Assembly: GCA_038850285.1 (NCBI GenBank)
Contig: JAWCMA010000001.1
Location: 53,168-117,167 of the forward strand
Source of the DNA: Methanocellales archaeon
GTDB taxonomy: Archaea; Halobacteriota; JAWCLZ01
Direction of reading: 5' to 3'
Length of the DNA stretch: 64,000 nt
The position numbers and the translations under genes are program-made. Below, in pieces: positions 28,708 through 37,134 of this stretch. A model generated the notes under the pieces. It did no database searches. It was not told the DNA's origin and worked only from the letters and a program-made list of their open reading frames with translations. The stretch's first letter is position 1. Every line of letters begins with the position of its first letter.

Positions 28708-30428
28708 CCTCTGGCTCTCTGCTGTTCATACATTTCGATGATCTCCTTCACTGTATTTGCATCTCCAGCGCTTTTATCCTGCCTTATGAATCCCACCGCG
28801 CGGGGGAAGCGCAGAGCGTAACCTATTTCTTTTTCAGTTCTCCCGCAAGTGTGAAGGGGGGAGCGGGTTATTTCATCAGCCATAACTGTTATGACGTACT
28901 TCGGTTCAACCCATACATCTGGGATGATGAGGGAATCTACTCTAGCGTGGCGATGTGGAATTGCAATTTCATCAAGCATCCCCTTGAGTTTTACCCAGTT
29001 TTCCTCGCTGAATCCAGATCCAACTTTTGCAATTGTCTTGAAGGTATCGCTTTCTTCATCGTAAACTGAGCATAAGATAGCTCCAATTCCAAGTTTTGCT
29101 CTAAAGCCCTTTCCCTTGAAATAGCCCACTATACAGACATCTATAGTATCAGCTAGTTCGCCTTTGTAGCTTCTCTTGAGCTTTATCCAGTTAAAATTTC
29201 GAGCACCTGCAGAATATGGAGCATCTAATCTCTTTGCAACAACTCCCTCCAGGCCTTTTTCCACGAATTCCTCGAAATAGTTTTTAATCTCCGTGGGATC
29301 GCCTGTGTAGATCACCTTTGCAACATCTATTGGTCCATCTGATGTGATTATTTGCTCCATTTTCTCGCGGCGCTCAATATATGGCTTTTGAGTATAATCC
29401 ACTCCATCCACAAATAGTAGTTCGAATGCAAAGAGCTTCAAGGGATATTCCTTGGCTAGTTCCTCCACGCCGTGTTTGCGCTTGCGTGTTATTGTAACTT
29501 GAAATGGAAAGAGCTCTCCTGTTTCTTCATTATATGCAAGGGCTTCTCCTTCTATAATTGCTTGCTTCGCTTTAATTTGCCTCTTAGCTGCTTCCACGAT
29601 CTCTGGGAACATCGCGGTGGTGCGCTCGAGATTTCTCGAGAAAATTTCCACCTTATCTCCATCTTTATGTATCTGGCATCTAAAGCCATCGTATTTAGGT
29701 TCAATCGCAGCTTTACCTATCTTTTGAACTATATCCTCGGATGAGGGGAGGCGCTCGCAAAGTGCCATTCTAATTGGGGAGAAAACCTTTATTTTGAATT
29801 CCCTTATTCCCTTTTCTCCCTTCTCAAAGAGGGTTTTAGCTACTAGTCCTAGGTCTGAGCATAGGTTATATGCTCGCTCAAGTTCAGGTCGAAATTTTCT
29901 AGTTCCAGCTTTAGCTTGTGCTAGAGCGTCTAATATGGTTGGATCTCCTATTCCAAGTCTTAGCCTTCCTGCTACGAATCTAGCGATATATTTTGATTCA
30001 ATGGGTGAAGCATTGGAAAATAAATTAGCTAGAATTGTTATCTTTTTCTCAACGCTTCCTTCACCAGTTGTTAGAGCCACTTTTAAAAGTCGGTCGTAAA
30101 CCTCGCTTACCTCCAACTCTGAGCCTTTGCTTCTGGAAAATTTCTCAGCTACGATTCCCAAGTCACCTGCATTCTTGAATTCCTCCTCAACCCTCTGGAG
30201 AGTTACTCCAGCTGATTGAGAAATCGCTCGAATAAGCAATTTCTCGCTAACCCCCATTTCAACTCCGCGAAATGGAGGTAGAATTTGCTCTTGACATAGA
30301 TATATTATCTTCTCAATTTCATTGCTATCCGCTTTCTTGAAAAGCTCAGCTAGAATATTGAACATCTCTAGCCTCTTTGTAGTTGCCTCGAGTTTTTCAA
30401 AGTAACTTGCTAGCTCTGAAAATTTCAT
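28704..30428 (-). CDS. lig: ATP-dependent DNA ligase
   Basis: DNA-binding domain with GDLG, KYDGFR motif I, EGE, EGVVAK, WIKLK, LRFPR. Confidence 0.96.
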   Translation of the reverse strand: MKFSELASYFEKLEATTKRLEMFNILAELFKKADSNEIEKIIYLCQEQILPPFRGVEMGVSEKLLIRAISQSAGVTLQRVEEEFKNAGDLGIVAEKFSRSKGSELEVSEVYDRLLKVALTTGEGSVEKKITILANLFSNASPIESKYIARFVAGRLRLGIGDPTILDALAQAKAGTRKFRPELERAYNLCSDLGLVAKTLFEKGEKGIREFKIKVFSPIRMALCERLPSSEDIVQKIGKAAIEPKYDGFRCQIHKDGDKVEIFSRNLERTTAMFPEIVEAAKRQIKAKQAIIEGEALAYNEETGELFPFQVTITRKRKHGVEELAKEYPLKLFAFELLFVDGVDYTQKPYIERREKMEQIITSDGPIDVAKVIYTGDPTEIKNYFEEFVEKGLEGVVAKRLDAPYSAGARNFNWIKLKRSYKGELADTIDVCIVGYFKGKGFRAKLGIGAILCSVYDEESDTFKTIAKVGSGFSEENWVKLKGMLDEIAIPHRHARVDSLIIPDVWVEPKYVITVMADEITRSPLHTCGRTEKEIGYALRFPRAVGFIRQDKSAGDANTVKEIIEMYEQQRARG

Positions 30429-30490
30429 TCACACCACATGGGATATCTTTTATAATCACGTCTAATAATTCTAATGGTGTAATCACAAGT

Positions 30491-31669
30491 ATGGCAAGCA
30501 TCGAAGACCGAGTCCTTCTACTACTTTCAATCAAAGAGCCTGGGAAGAAAATCGATTTTGAGCATATAAGGGAAAAGATAGTTAGAGATGAGAAATCAAG
30601 GGATAAATCAAGGGATAAATCAAGGGATAAATCAAGGGATAGAGATACGATAGAGGATACAATAGAGAATGCAGCAGGTGGTTTAGTTAATGAATTGAAG
30701 AAGTGCCTTGAAACTCTAGCGAGGCAGGGGTTAATTAAGGAAGAAAGAGGCAGCTATGCTATAACTGAGAAAGGGGAAAGGAGAATTCTAGAGCGGTTAA
30801 AGCAAGTGGGCGGGGATTTGAATCTATCCTATCGCTTGGTCTTGAAGGCCAAGAAATACTATCCAGTTATTGGAGAAGCAATGCTTCCATTCCTCAGGGA
30901 TAGAGCTGTTAGTGTGATCAAAGTTTTCAGCGATGAAGTTGAGCCGTTGAGTAAAATAAAGCCACTCTTCGTTAGATATGCTCGCTATAAACCTATTCCA
31001 GTTTTCATAGAGATCAAAGACCTTGAGACTTTATTGAGATACGTTGACCAACACGCCATTGATTTCATACCATATGTTCACAGACTTCAAGCTAGAGAGC
31101 CTGACTGGTTCATCCTTGATCTCGACGCGGGTGAAGAACTTCAAAAGCACCCTATGAGTTTTGAGCTGATTAAAAATGTGGCTCAAAAGGCAGTTGAGGT
31201 ACTAGAGGAAAATGAAATCGAGCCTTGCATAAAATTTAGCGGCTCGAGAGGGATTCAAATCTGGGCAAAGTTTGATAATAGCAAGCTTCAAAGCGAGGGG
31301 GATTTATTTGCAGTTTATAGAAGACTTGCTGTGACTGTGCAGCAAAAAACTGAGCAAAAACTTCAGAAGGAGTTTAAAAACTTGATCAACCCCAACAAGC
31401 CAATTACCACTTCCCAAGTTGCTAAGAAAGAAGAAAGAGCTGATCAAATTTTGATAGACTGGAGCTCTATGAAGCCAAATGGAGATGTTAGAGCGCCCTT
31501 CAGCATGCACTATAAAACTGCTTTAATCTCAACTCCTATACCTAAATCACATCTCCTTGAATTTGAAATTCAAGAAGCTCAGCCTGAGTATGTGATGAGA
31601 AATCTAGCTAAATTAACCTCCGCCTTTGAACTTAGAGCTTCTAATCCGACTAAGCTGCTGAGGAATTGA
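30491..31669 (+). CDS. LigD polymerase-domain-like primase-polymerase (AEP) with N-terminal winged helix
   Basis: PDWFILDLD, KFSGSRGIQ, ILIDW, RAPFS, STP; N-terminal L..L...GLI......Y.IT.KG wHTH; ATG 30491. Confidence 0.82.
   Translation: MASIEDRVLLLLSIKEPGKKIDFEHIREKIVRDEKSRDKSRDKSRDKSRDRDTIEDTIENAAGGLVNELKKCLETLARQGLIKEERGSYAITEKGERRILERLKQVGGDLNLSYRLVLKAKKYYPVIGEAMLPFLRDRAVSVIKVFSDEVEPLSKIKPLFVRYARYKPIPVFIEIKDLETLLRYVDQHAIDFIPYVHRLQAREPDWFILDLDAGEELQKHPMSFELIKNVAQKAVEVLEENEIEPCIKFSGSRGIQIWAKFDNSKLQSEGDLFAVYRRLAVTVQQKTEQKLQKEFKNLINPNKPITTSQVAKKEERADQILIDWSSMKPNGDVRAPFSMHYKTALISTPIPKSHLLEFEIQEAQPEYVMRNLAKLTSAFELRASNPTKLLRN
30593..30667 (+). repeat. in-frame 12-bp tandem repeats (AAATCAAGGGAT x4, KSRD; GATACRATAGAG x2, DTIE)
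   Basis: Read directly from the sequence. Confidence 0.92.
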
Positions 31670-31670
31670 A

Positions 31671-32909
31671 ATGAGGATATATAGCTTAAGCAGTAGCAAT
31701 AGATGTGTCTTCTGCAAGGGATCTAAATTCCTCTGCGGCAAAGAGCGATGTCCCATTCTTGTGAAGCTATATGCGCAGCAGCAAACTAAGCCATTGATCG
31801 ATTCCCTGAGTTTAGAGGGCTCCTCACCCCCTGGGGTTTTCATTGGTAGAATTGGCTATCCCTATGTTTCAATAGGTCCTTTAGTTCCACCTATCCAAGG
31901 TGATACTTTTCTATTAGATACCCCTGAGCTCTGGGTGGGCAAGAGCATAGATGAAATAGTGAATTTCAGATTCCAGCTCGTTAGAGGGAAATATAGAGTG
32001 AATGTGAGAAACGTTGAGGGTGAAAGGATAGTTGAGGCTACTCGAGAACTCGCTATGGCTTTAAACCCAGCTGATGTGGAGGTTGAGTTTCATAAAAAAC
32101 CCCGGGTAGAAATAGCGCTTGATGATGAAGTGCAGCCTCACGGCCCGAGTGCACCTTTGAAGAAGATTGATGTAAATTCAATTAAAATAGACAGGAGAAT
32201 TGAAAAAGCATATAGCGATACTGATTTAAAGGCAAGTGAAGCGGTTTTGAATCTCTATAGAAGTGGAGTGTTGATATCCAAAATACAGCGTGCCTTCAGC
32301 GCAGGCGTATTAGGGGAGAAAAAAGCTAGGCGATTTGTGCCAACTAGGTGGAGCATCACCGCGGTTGATAGCATTATCTCAAGTACATTGATGGAAAGAG
32401 TTAAAGCAAATCCCTTGATAAATGAATTCCAAATTTATGAATCAATCTCACTTGATAATAGATTCATCGTGATCCTCATGCCATTTTCTTGGAGCTATGA
32501 ATTAATTGAAGCTTGGTATCCAAATACAATTTGGAACCCAACTGGTAGAGAAACTGTGATATTCTCTGACCACGAGGGCTTCTCAGGGAGAACCACTTAC
32601 GCGAAAATTGGAGGATGCTATTACGCCGCGAGACTAGCTGTTTGCGAATATCTTGAAAAAATAGGGAGGCAAGCTAGAGTATTAATTCTTCGGGAAGCGC
32701 ATCCTGGCTATATAATGCCAGTTGGCGTGTGGAATGTGCGGGAGAGTGTAAGAAATGCTCTTCGAAGCGCACCTCATAGGTTTAGCAGTTTGAGGGAGGT
32801 ATTCAATTATATCACAGCCAAGCTCTGCATACCTATTCAAAAGTGGCTGCTTCATAGTACGCTACTCAAGCAGCTGCTCCATCAAAGGACTCTTGAGGAT
32901 TATACTTAG
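31671..32909 (+). CDS. nreA: DNA repair protein Nre
   Basis: CVFCKG..LCG..RCP, SPP.VFIGR.GYP, VPTRWSITAVD, GGCYYAARL, PVGVW.VRE, C-terminal PIP-like QRTLEDY. Confidence 0.92.
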   Translation: MRIYSLSSSNRCVFCKGSKFLCGKERCPILVKLYAQQQTKPLIDSLSLEGSSPPGVFIGRIGYPYVSIGPLVPPIQGDTFLLDTPELWVGKSIDEIVNFRFQLVRGKYRVNVRNVEGERIVEATRELAMALNPADVEVEFHKKPRVEIALDDEVQPHGPSAPLKKIDVNSIKIDRRIEKAYSDTDLKASEAVLNLYRSGVLISKIQRAFSAGVLGEKKARRFVPTRWSITAVDSIISSTLMERVKANPLINEFQIYESISLDNRFIVILMPFSWSYELIEAWYPNTIWNPTGRETVIFSDHEGFSGRTTYAKIGGCYYAARLAVCEYLEKIGRQARVLILREAHPGYIMPVGVWNVRESVRNALRSAPHRFSSLREVFNYITAKLCIPIQKWLLHSTLLKQLLHQRTLEDYT

Positions 32910-32918
32910 AGGGGAAAT

Positions 32919-33731
32919 ATGCAAGTGAGAATTAGGGAGATAAAATGTAAAACTGCACTCTCTCCCTCTCTTTTACCTGGCTATGACTATGCTTTAAATC
33001 CATATAGAGGCTGCGAGCATGCTTGCATATACTGCTATTCCCCCTCAGTGCTTAGATGCAGGGAAAAATGGGGGACATTTGTAGAGCCAAAGGTGAATAT
33101 AGCTCGCGTACTATCTCGAGAGCTAAGGGATAAGCCAAAGGGAGTTGTTGGAATAAGCAGTGTCACTGATCCCTATCAGCCTCTGGAGAGGAAATATGAG
33201 CTGACAAGGAGATGCTTGGAATTACTTTTGAAGTATAATTTTCCCATCTCAATTCAAACCAAATCAGCATTAGTAATGCGAGACCTAGATTTGATCAAGC
33301 AGTTTTCTAATAAAGACGTTGGGTTAACAATCACCACCATTGAAGATGAATTGCGGAGGAAATATGAACCCATTGCGAGTAGCGTGAAAGAGCGATTGCT
33401 TGCTTTGAGAAAGATAGCTGAGTGTGGAATCACCAGCTGGGTCTTTATTGGTCCCATAATGCCATTTATAAGCGATAGAAATGGCTCTCTTGAAGAGCTG
33501 CTTAGAGCAATTGCAGATTCAGGGGTGAGCTACATCTTAATCGATAAATTGAGAATGAAGCCAGGGATCTGGGATAATATTGAAAAATTCCTCGTTGATT
33601 ATGATGCAACATTGATTCCTAGTTACAAGGAGATATTATTCAAGCGGGATGATAGTTACTTTATTAATGTGAGGCGTAGAGTAATGGAGCTATGCAAGCA
33701 GCTAGGTTTGAAGTGCGAGTCTTGCTTTTAG
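32919..33731 (+). CDS. spore photoproduct lyase-like radical SAM protein (COG1533)
   Basis: LNPYRGCEHACIYCY, SSVTDPYQP.E, QTKS.L..RD.D, EP.AS...RL. Confidence 0.88.
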   Translation: MQVRIREIKCKTALSPSLLPGYDYALNPYRGCEHACIYCYSPSVLRCREKWGTFVEPKVNIARVLSRELRDKPKGVVGISSVTDPYQPLERKYELTRRCLELLLKYNFPISIQTKSALVMRDLDLIKQFSNKDVGLTITTIEDELRRKYEPIASSVKERLLALRKIAECGITSWVFIGPIMPFISDRNGSLEELLRAIADSGVSYILIDKLRMKPGIWDNIEKFLVDYDATLIPSYKEILFKRDDSYFINVRRRVMELCKQLGLKCESCF

Positions 33732-33741
33732 GCATTAGCAT

Positions 33742-33906
33742 TCATTTCTTCTTCAAGCCCTTGAGCATTTCCTCGATTTTTGGCTCAGTAACGATGTGGC
33801 CTAGCAAGCGAACCTCTACTTCAATGCTGCCGCATTTGGGGCATTTTTCAGGTCGCTCGACAGCTAAGAATTCGTGGCTGCATTTCTTGCATAGCCAGTT
33901 TGGCAT
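33742..33906 (-). CDS. small Zn-ribbon protein
   Basis: MPNWLCKKCSHEF...PEKCPKCGS. Confidence 0.65.
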   Translation of the reverse strand: MPNWLCKKCSHEFLAVERPEKCPKCGSIEVEVRLLGHIVTEPKIEEMLKGLKKK

Positions 33907-33984
33907 AGGAGAAATATTAAGCTGCAAGGCTAATAAATATTTGGTAAAAATATTTGGTATATTTTTGGAATTAATCTAGGACTT

Positions 33985-34332
33985 TTAATTGAGGACTTTA
34001 AAGTCTTTCAATTCGCTCTCCAGCTCGGCTTTCTTTTGATTTAATGCTTCAAATTCAGCATCGAGTTCATTTAACAGGGTTTTAAATGTCTTTTTCGCTA
34101 CTTCGATGCTCTGGACGAAGCCTATGCTGACATAATTGTCCTTTATAGCTGTAAACTGAATCCCTTTTTTATTATCTATCCTCACCACTTTTTCAACTAT
34201 TTTTGTAGAAATTTCTTTCTCAAAAGTTACATCTAGGGTTATATTGCTTTCTGAAAAACAAGTGATTTTAAAATTGAAGCGAATTCCACTCTTTGGTAAC
34301 TTATATTTATATATATTTTCCTCTTGCTGCAT
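33985..34332 (-). CDS. hypothetical protein with C-terminal coiled coil
   Basis: 115-aa AT-rich ORF; no recognised motif. Confidence 0.6.
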   Translation of the reverse strand: MQQEENIYKYKLPKSGIRFNFKITCFSESNITLDVTFEKEISTKIVEKVVRIDNKKGIQFTAIKDNYVSIGFVQSIEVAKKTFKTLLNELDAEFEALNQKKAELESELKDFKVLN

Positions 34333-34533
34333 TTCATCACTAAGCAGCTCAAATGAAATATAAATGTTTTAAAATTATTAAATTTTTGTTAAAATTATCA
34401 ATTTTAAGAATCAAATTTGATATTATGTTAGTTTTTTCAATTTTGATAAAATTAATTTTAAGAATCAAGTTTGATTTTTGAATCAACAGCTTTATCTCAA
34501 GTCTAATTCAAAAATTTAATTTGGATTGAAATA

Positions 34534-34725
34534 ATGCAAAGCACAGAAAGATATTATATAATTGGCTTGCTGTCCTTCACTATAGGAGAATTGATTCTCA
34601 GCTTGGTTGAAAGCGATTTCAAATTCCCCAGCTATATCGTAGTTTCCACCTTGTATACATATTTCTTCATAAAAGCTGCAAAAGCAGCGTTTAAAAAAGC
34701 CAAGACGAAAAATTATGAACTCTGA
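34534..34725 (+). CDS. small putative 2-TM membrane protein
   Basis: Two hydrophobic stretches; overlaps the start of the downstream pilin-like gene. Confidence 0.4.
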   Translation: MQSTERYYIIGLLSFTIGELILSLVESDFKFPSYIVVSTLYTYFFIKAAKAAFKKAKTKNYEL

Positions 34726-36022
34726 AGATGCAGTTTCAGATGCAATTGGATTCATTTCAATATTTGCCTTAACCATTGCCTCAGTGGGATTTATATTCAC
34801 ATTGAGCTTGCCTGAAATCCTCGATTCCCAAGAGGTTGTTAAACTACAAAATATTGAGCAAGCATTCACAGTGCTTGATTCAAAAATTAGCTTAAGCGCA
34901 CTAGGCGAGTCACCATCTCAAGTTGTAGCACTAGATACCTCCAGCGGAAGCGCTGCAATTTTAAGCGATAGTTCACTGAAAATCCTAATGCGTCAGAGCG
35001 GAGTGGATCATATGATTTACAACAGCACCCTTGGAACTCTACTTTATGAATTAAATGGCGAAGAAATCGCATATGAAGGAGGCGGAGTGTGGAGGAAATA
35101 TGCAAATGGAGGTGTGGTGATGGTAAGCCCTCCTGAGTTTCATTACAATGGCGAGACCCTTACCTTTCCAATTATAAGATTGAATGGCAGTGCTAGAGTT
35201 GCAGGTGGCATTGCAACACTGCATGCTAATTCAGAAGGGATAACTGTATTCTTCCAAAATACAACTGCAAATCCGCTATTCCAAAACCCTGTTTATGGGA
35301 GTACTACCATTGTAATTGTTAAAAGCAAATACTATAAAGCTTGGGCGGAGTATATGCAGGAGCGCACTGAATTTCATGGCGTGGTTGCTCACGATAATCT
35401 AAGCGAAGTAGCAGCTTATTTAAATTCAAGGCCAGCTCCATCGATGAACTTCACCATCCCGCTTGATATAATTGGTCTAAATACCTCTAACTCCACGCCA
35501 GTCAGCAATTTTACATTTGAATTCTATAATGTGACCAGCAACTTCGAGCTTGAATTAATAGGCAGCAATTCTCAAGGAAGGAATTTGAGTATCACCATGC
35601 AAAAGAAATCAGGAGAGGGGACAGAGGGCATTGCGGTAGCTATATCTTATCAAGAGCAAGCCAAAGAAATTGAAAATTGGGAAGCAGTAAAATGGATTGC
35701 AATTGAAAATGAAACAGCCTTTATCAACCTTTTGAATACCTCCATAAATCTAAGTTATACAAGCAATGATAATTCCTGGAGCTGGCTCTATGAAGAGGTA
35801 CCATATAATAAAAGCTATACCAAAGGCATGCAAATTGATCTACCCCTTGCAATTCAGCATTACTTCCGCTTGCTCGGCCCTACTTTCACATTTAATTATG
35901 GCTCAAAACATCAAGGATTTAATGAAACCTCGGGCAGGGTTTATCTTCAATATGAATGCATGCCTCCTGTGATTACCTTTTTACATATAGTGGAACATAA
36001 AGTGAATTTAAATATAGTATAG
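34715..36022 (+). CDS. archaeal type IV pilin-like/adhesin protein with class III signal peptide
   Basis: EDA|VSDAIGFISIFALTI N-terminus, IAYEGGGVW, SPPEFHY..TLTFP, many N-x-S/T sequons. Confidence 0.75.
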   Translation: MNSEDAVSDAIGFISIFALTIASVGFIFTLSLPEILDSQEVVKLQNIEQAFTVLDSKISLSALGESPSQVVALDTSSGSAAILSDSSLKILMRQSGVDHMIYNSTLGTLLYELNGEEIAYEGGGVWRKYANGGVVMVSPPEFHYNGETLTFPIIRLNGSARVAGGIATLHANSEGITVFFQNTTANPLFQNPVYGSTTIVIVKSKYYKAWAEYMQERTEFHGVVAHDNLSEVAAYLNSRPAPSMNFTIPLDIIGLNTSNSTPVSNFTFEFYNVTSNFELELIGSNSQGRNLSITMQKKSGEGTEGIAVAISYQEQAKEIENWEAVKWIAIENETAFINLLNTSINLSYTSNDNSWSWLYEEVPYNKSYTKGMQIDLPLAIQHYFRLLGPTFTFNYGSKHQGFNETSGRVYLQYECMPPVITFLHIVEHKVNLNIV

Positions 36023-36067
36023 CTATTTCTAGAAAAGCTAATTGCCAATGAATATCTTTTTGAAATT

Positions 36068-36553
36068 ATGCATGCGAAAAGGCGCTTGAAGAGCTATAAA
36101 TTCGATGGCGAGGTCAATTCCCTCTGGTACTGGCATAAAGTAAAAAATCCCATTCGAGTGATAATAAACTTTCTCGTGATCTACATCTGCCGCTTCATGC
36201 CCTCGCTCAGGCTAAAGAATCTGCTCTATCGCGCTATTGGGATTAAAGTGGGTAGAAATGTAGCTATAGGTCTAGGCGCAATGCTTGATATCTTCTTCCC
36301 GGAGCTTATTGAAATAGGTGAAAACAGCATAATTGGCTATAACTCAGTAATTCTTGCACACGAGTTTTTGATCAAAGAACTGCGCGTTGGCGAGGTGAAA
36401 ATTGGCAGAAATGTACTCATAGGGGCAAATGTAACCATTTTACCTGGAATTGAAATCAAAGACGGCGCAATTATATCAGCTATGTCTCTGGTGAATACAG
36501 ATCTAACCTCAAATTGCTTCGCCGGGGGAGTACCAGCTAGGGAGATAAAATGA
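36068..36553 (+). CDS. hexapeptide-repeat acetyltransferase, YvoF-like (prenylglycerol O-acetyltransferase)
   Basis: NSLW, KN.LYR, D..FPE.I.IG.N.IIGYN..ILAHE.LI.E.R.G.V match my recollection of B. subtilis YvoF. Confidence 0.8.
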   Translation: MHAKRRLKSYKFDGEVNSLWYWHKVKNPIRVIINFLVIYICRFMPSLRLKNLLYRAIGIKVGRNVAIGLGAMLDIFFPELIEIGENSIIGYNSVILAHEFLIKELRVGEVKIGRNVLIGANVTILPGIEIKDGAIISAMSLVNTDLTSNCFAGGVPAREIK

Positions 36554-37134
36554 TGAAGCTCTGGGAGAAGCTTGTATCAGGGAAAGCGCTATCTATCATC
36601 GCAATTATAAATGCAGGTGGAACTGCATTTGGATTCTATTACTATCGCCATCAACTAGCGGGCAGTTCACCCTGGCTATGGATCTTCATCCCAGACTGCC
36701 CGCTTTACACTCTTTTTTTCTTAATCTGGTATTTATTAACCTCAATCAAAAGGGAAAGTCATCTTTTCAGCCTTCTAACTGCAGCTGGCTTGATGAAATA
36801 TGGATTCTGGACCACATTGGTAGTCGCGCTATATCGCGATTATTTCCTCAGCTATAATTATCCCCTCTATGCCACTCTTTTCTTACTTCACATTGGCATG
36901 GCATTGGAGTCAATTTTAATCCTGCCAAGCGTTGAAACCAGAAAAATGCAAGTTCTCGCCGTCCTCCTCTGGTTCCTGCTTAATGATTATGCGGATTATT
37001 ATCTAAATACATATCCCTACATTCCAACTTCATTTTTAGATTTAATTAAAAATATCACCATAGCCTCTACCTTCGGATCCATAGCAATTGCAGTGCTCCT
37101 TGCAAAAAAACTTGCTCATCTACGCGCATATTGA
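36550..37134 (+). CDS. DUF1405 (YpjA-like) membrane protein
   Basis: N..GT.FGFYYY..QL, FIPDCP, KYG.W, H..M, LND..DY. Confidence 0.85.
   Translation: MMKLWEKLVSGKALSIIAIINAGGTAFGFYYYRHQLAGSSPWLWIFIPDCPLYTLFFLIWYLLTSIKRESHLFSLLTAAGLMKYGFWTTLVVALYRDYFLSYNYPLYATLFLLHIGMALESILILPSVETRKMQVLAVLLWFLLNDYADYYLNTYPYIPTSFLDLIKNITIASTFGSIAIAVLLAKKLAHLRAY

Noticed and set aside
30383-30490. N-terminal extensions in the ORF track (also nadK, ala, hsp20, DUF2070, DUF116, cbiA-like)
   Set aside because: They overlap neighbours or promoters; downstream starts fit the family N-termini better
28704-31669. Complete classical NHEJ operon
   Set aside because: No Ku or phosphoesterase gene in the window
34333-34533. 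Replication origin in the AT-rich gap
   Set aside because: No ORB-like G-string boxes and no adjacent orc1/cdc6
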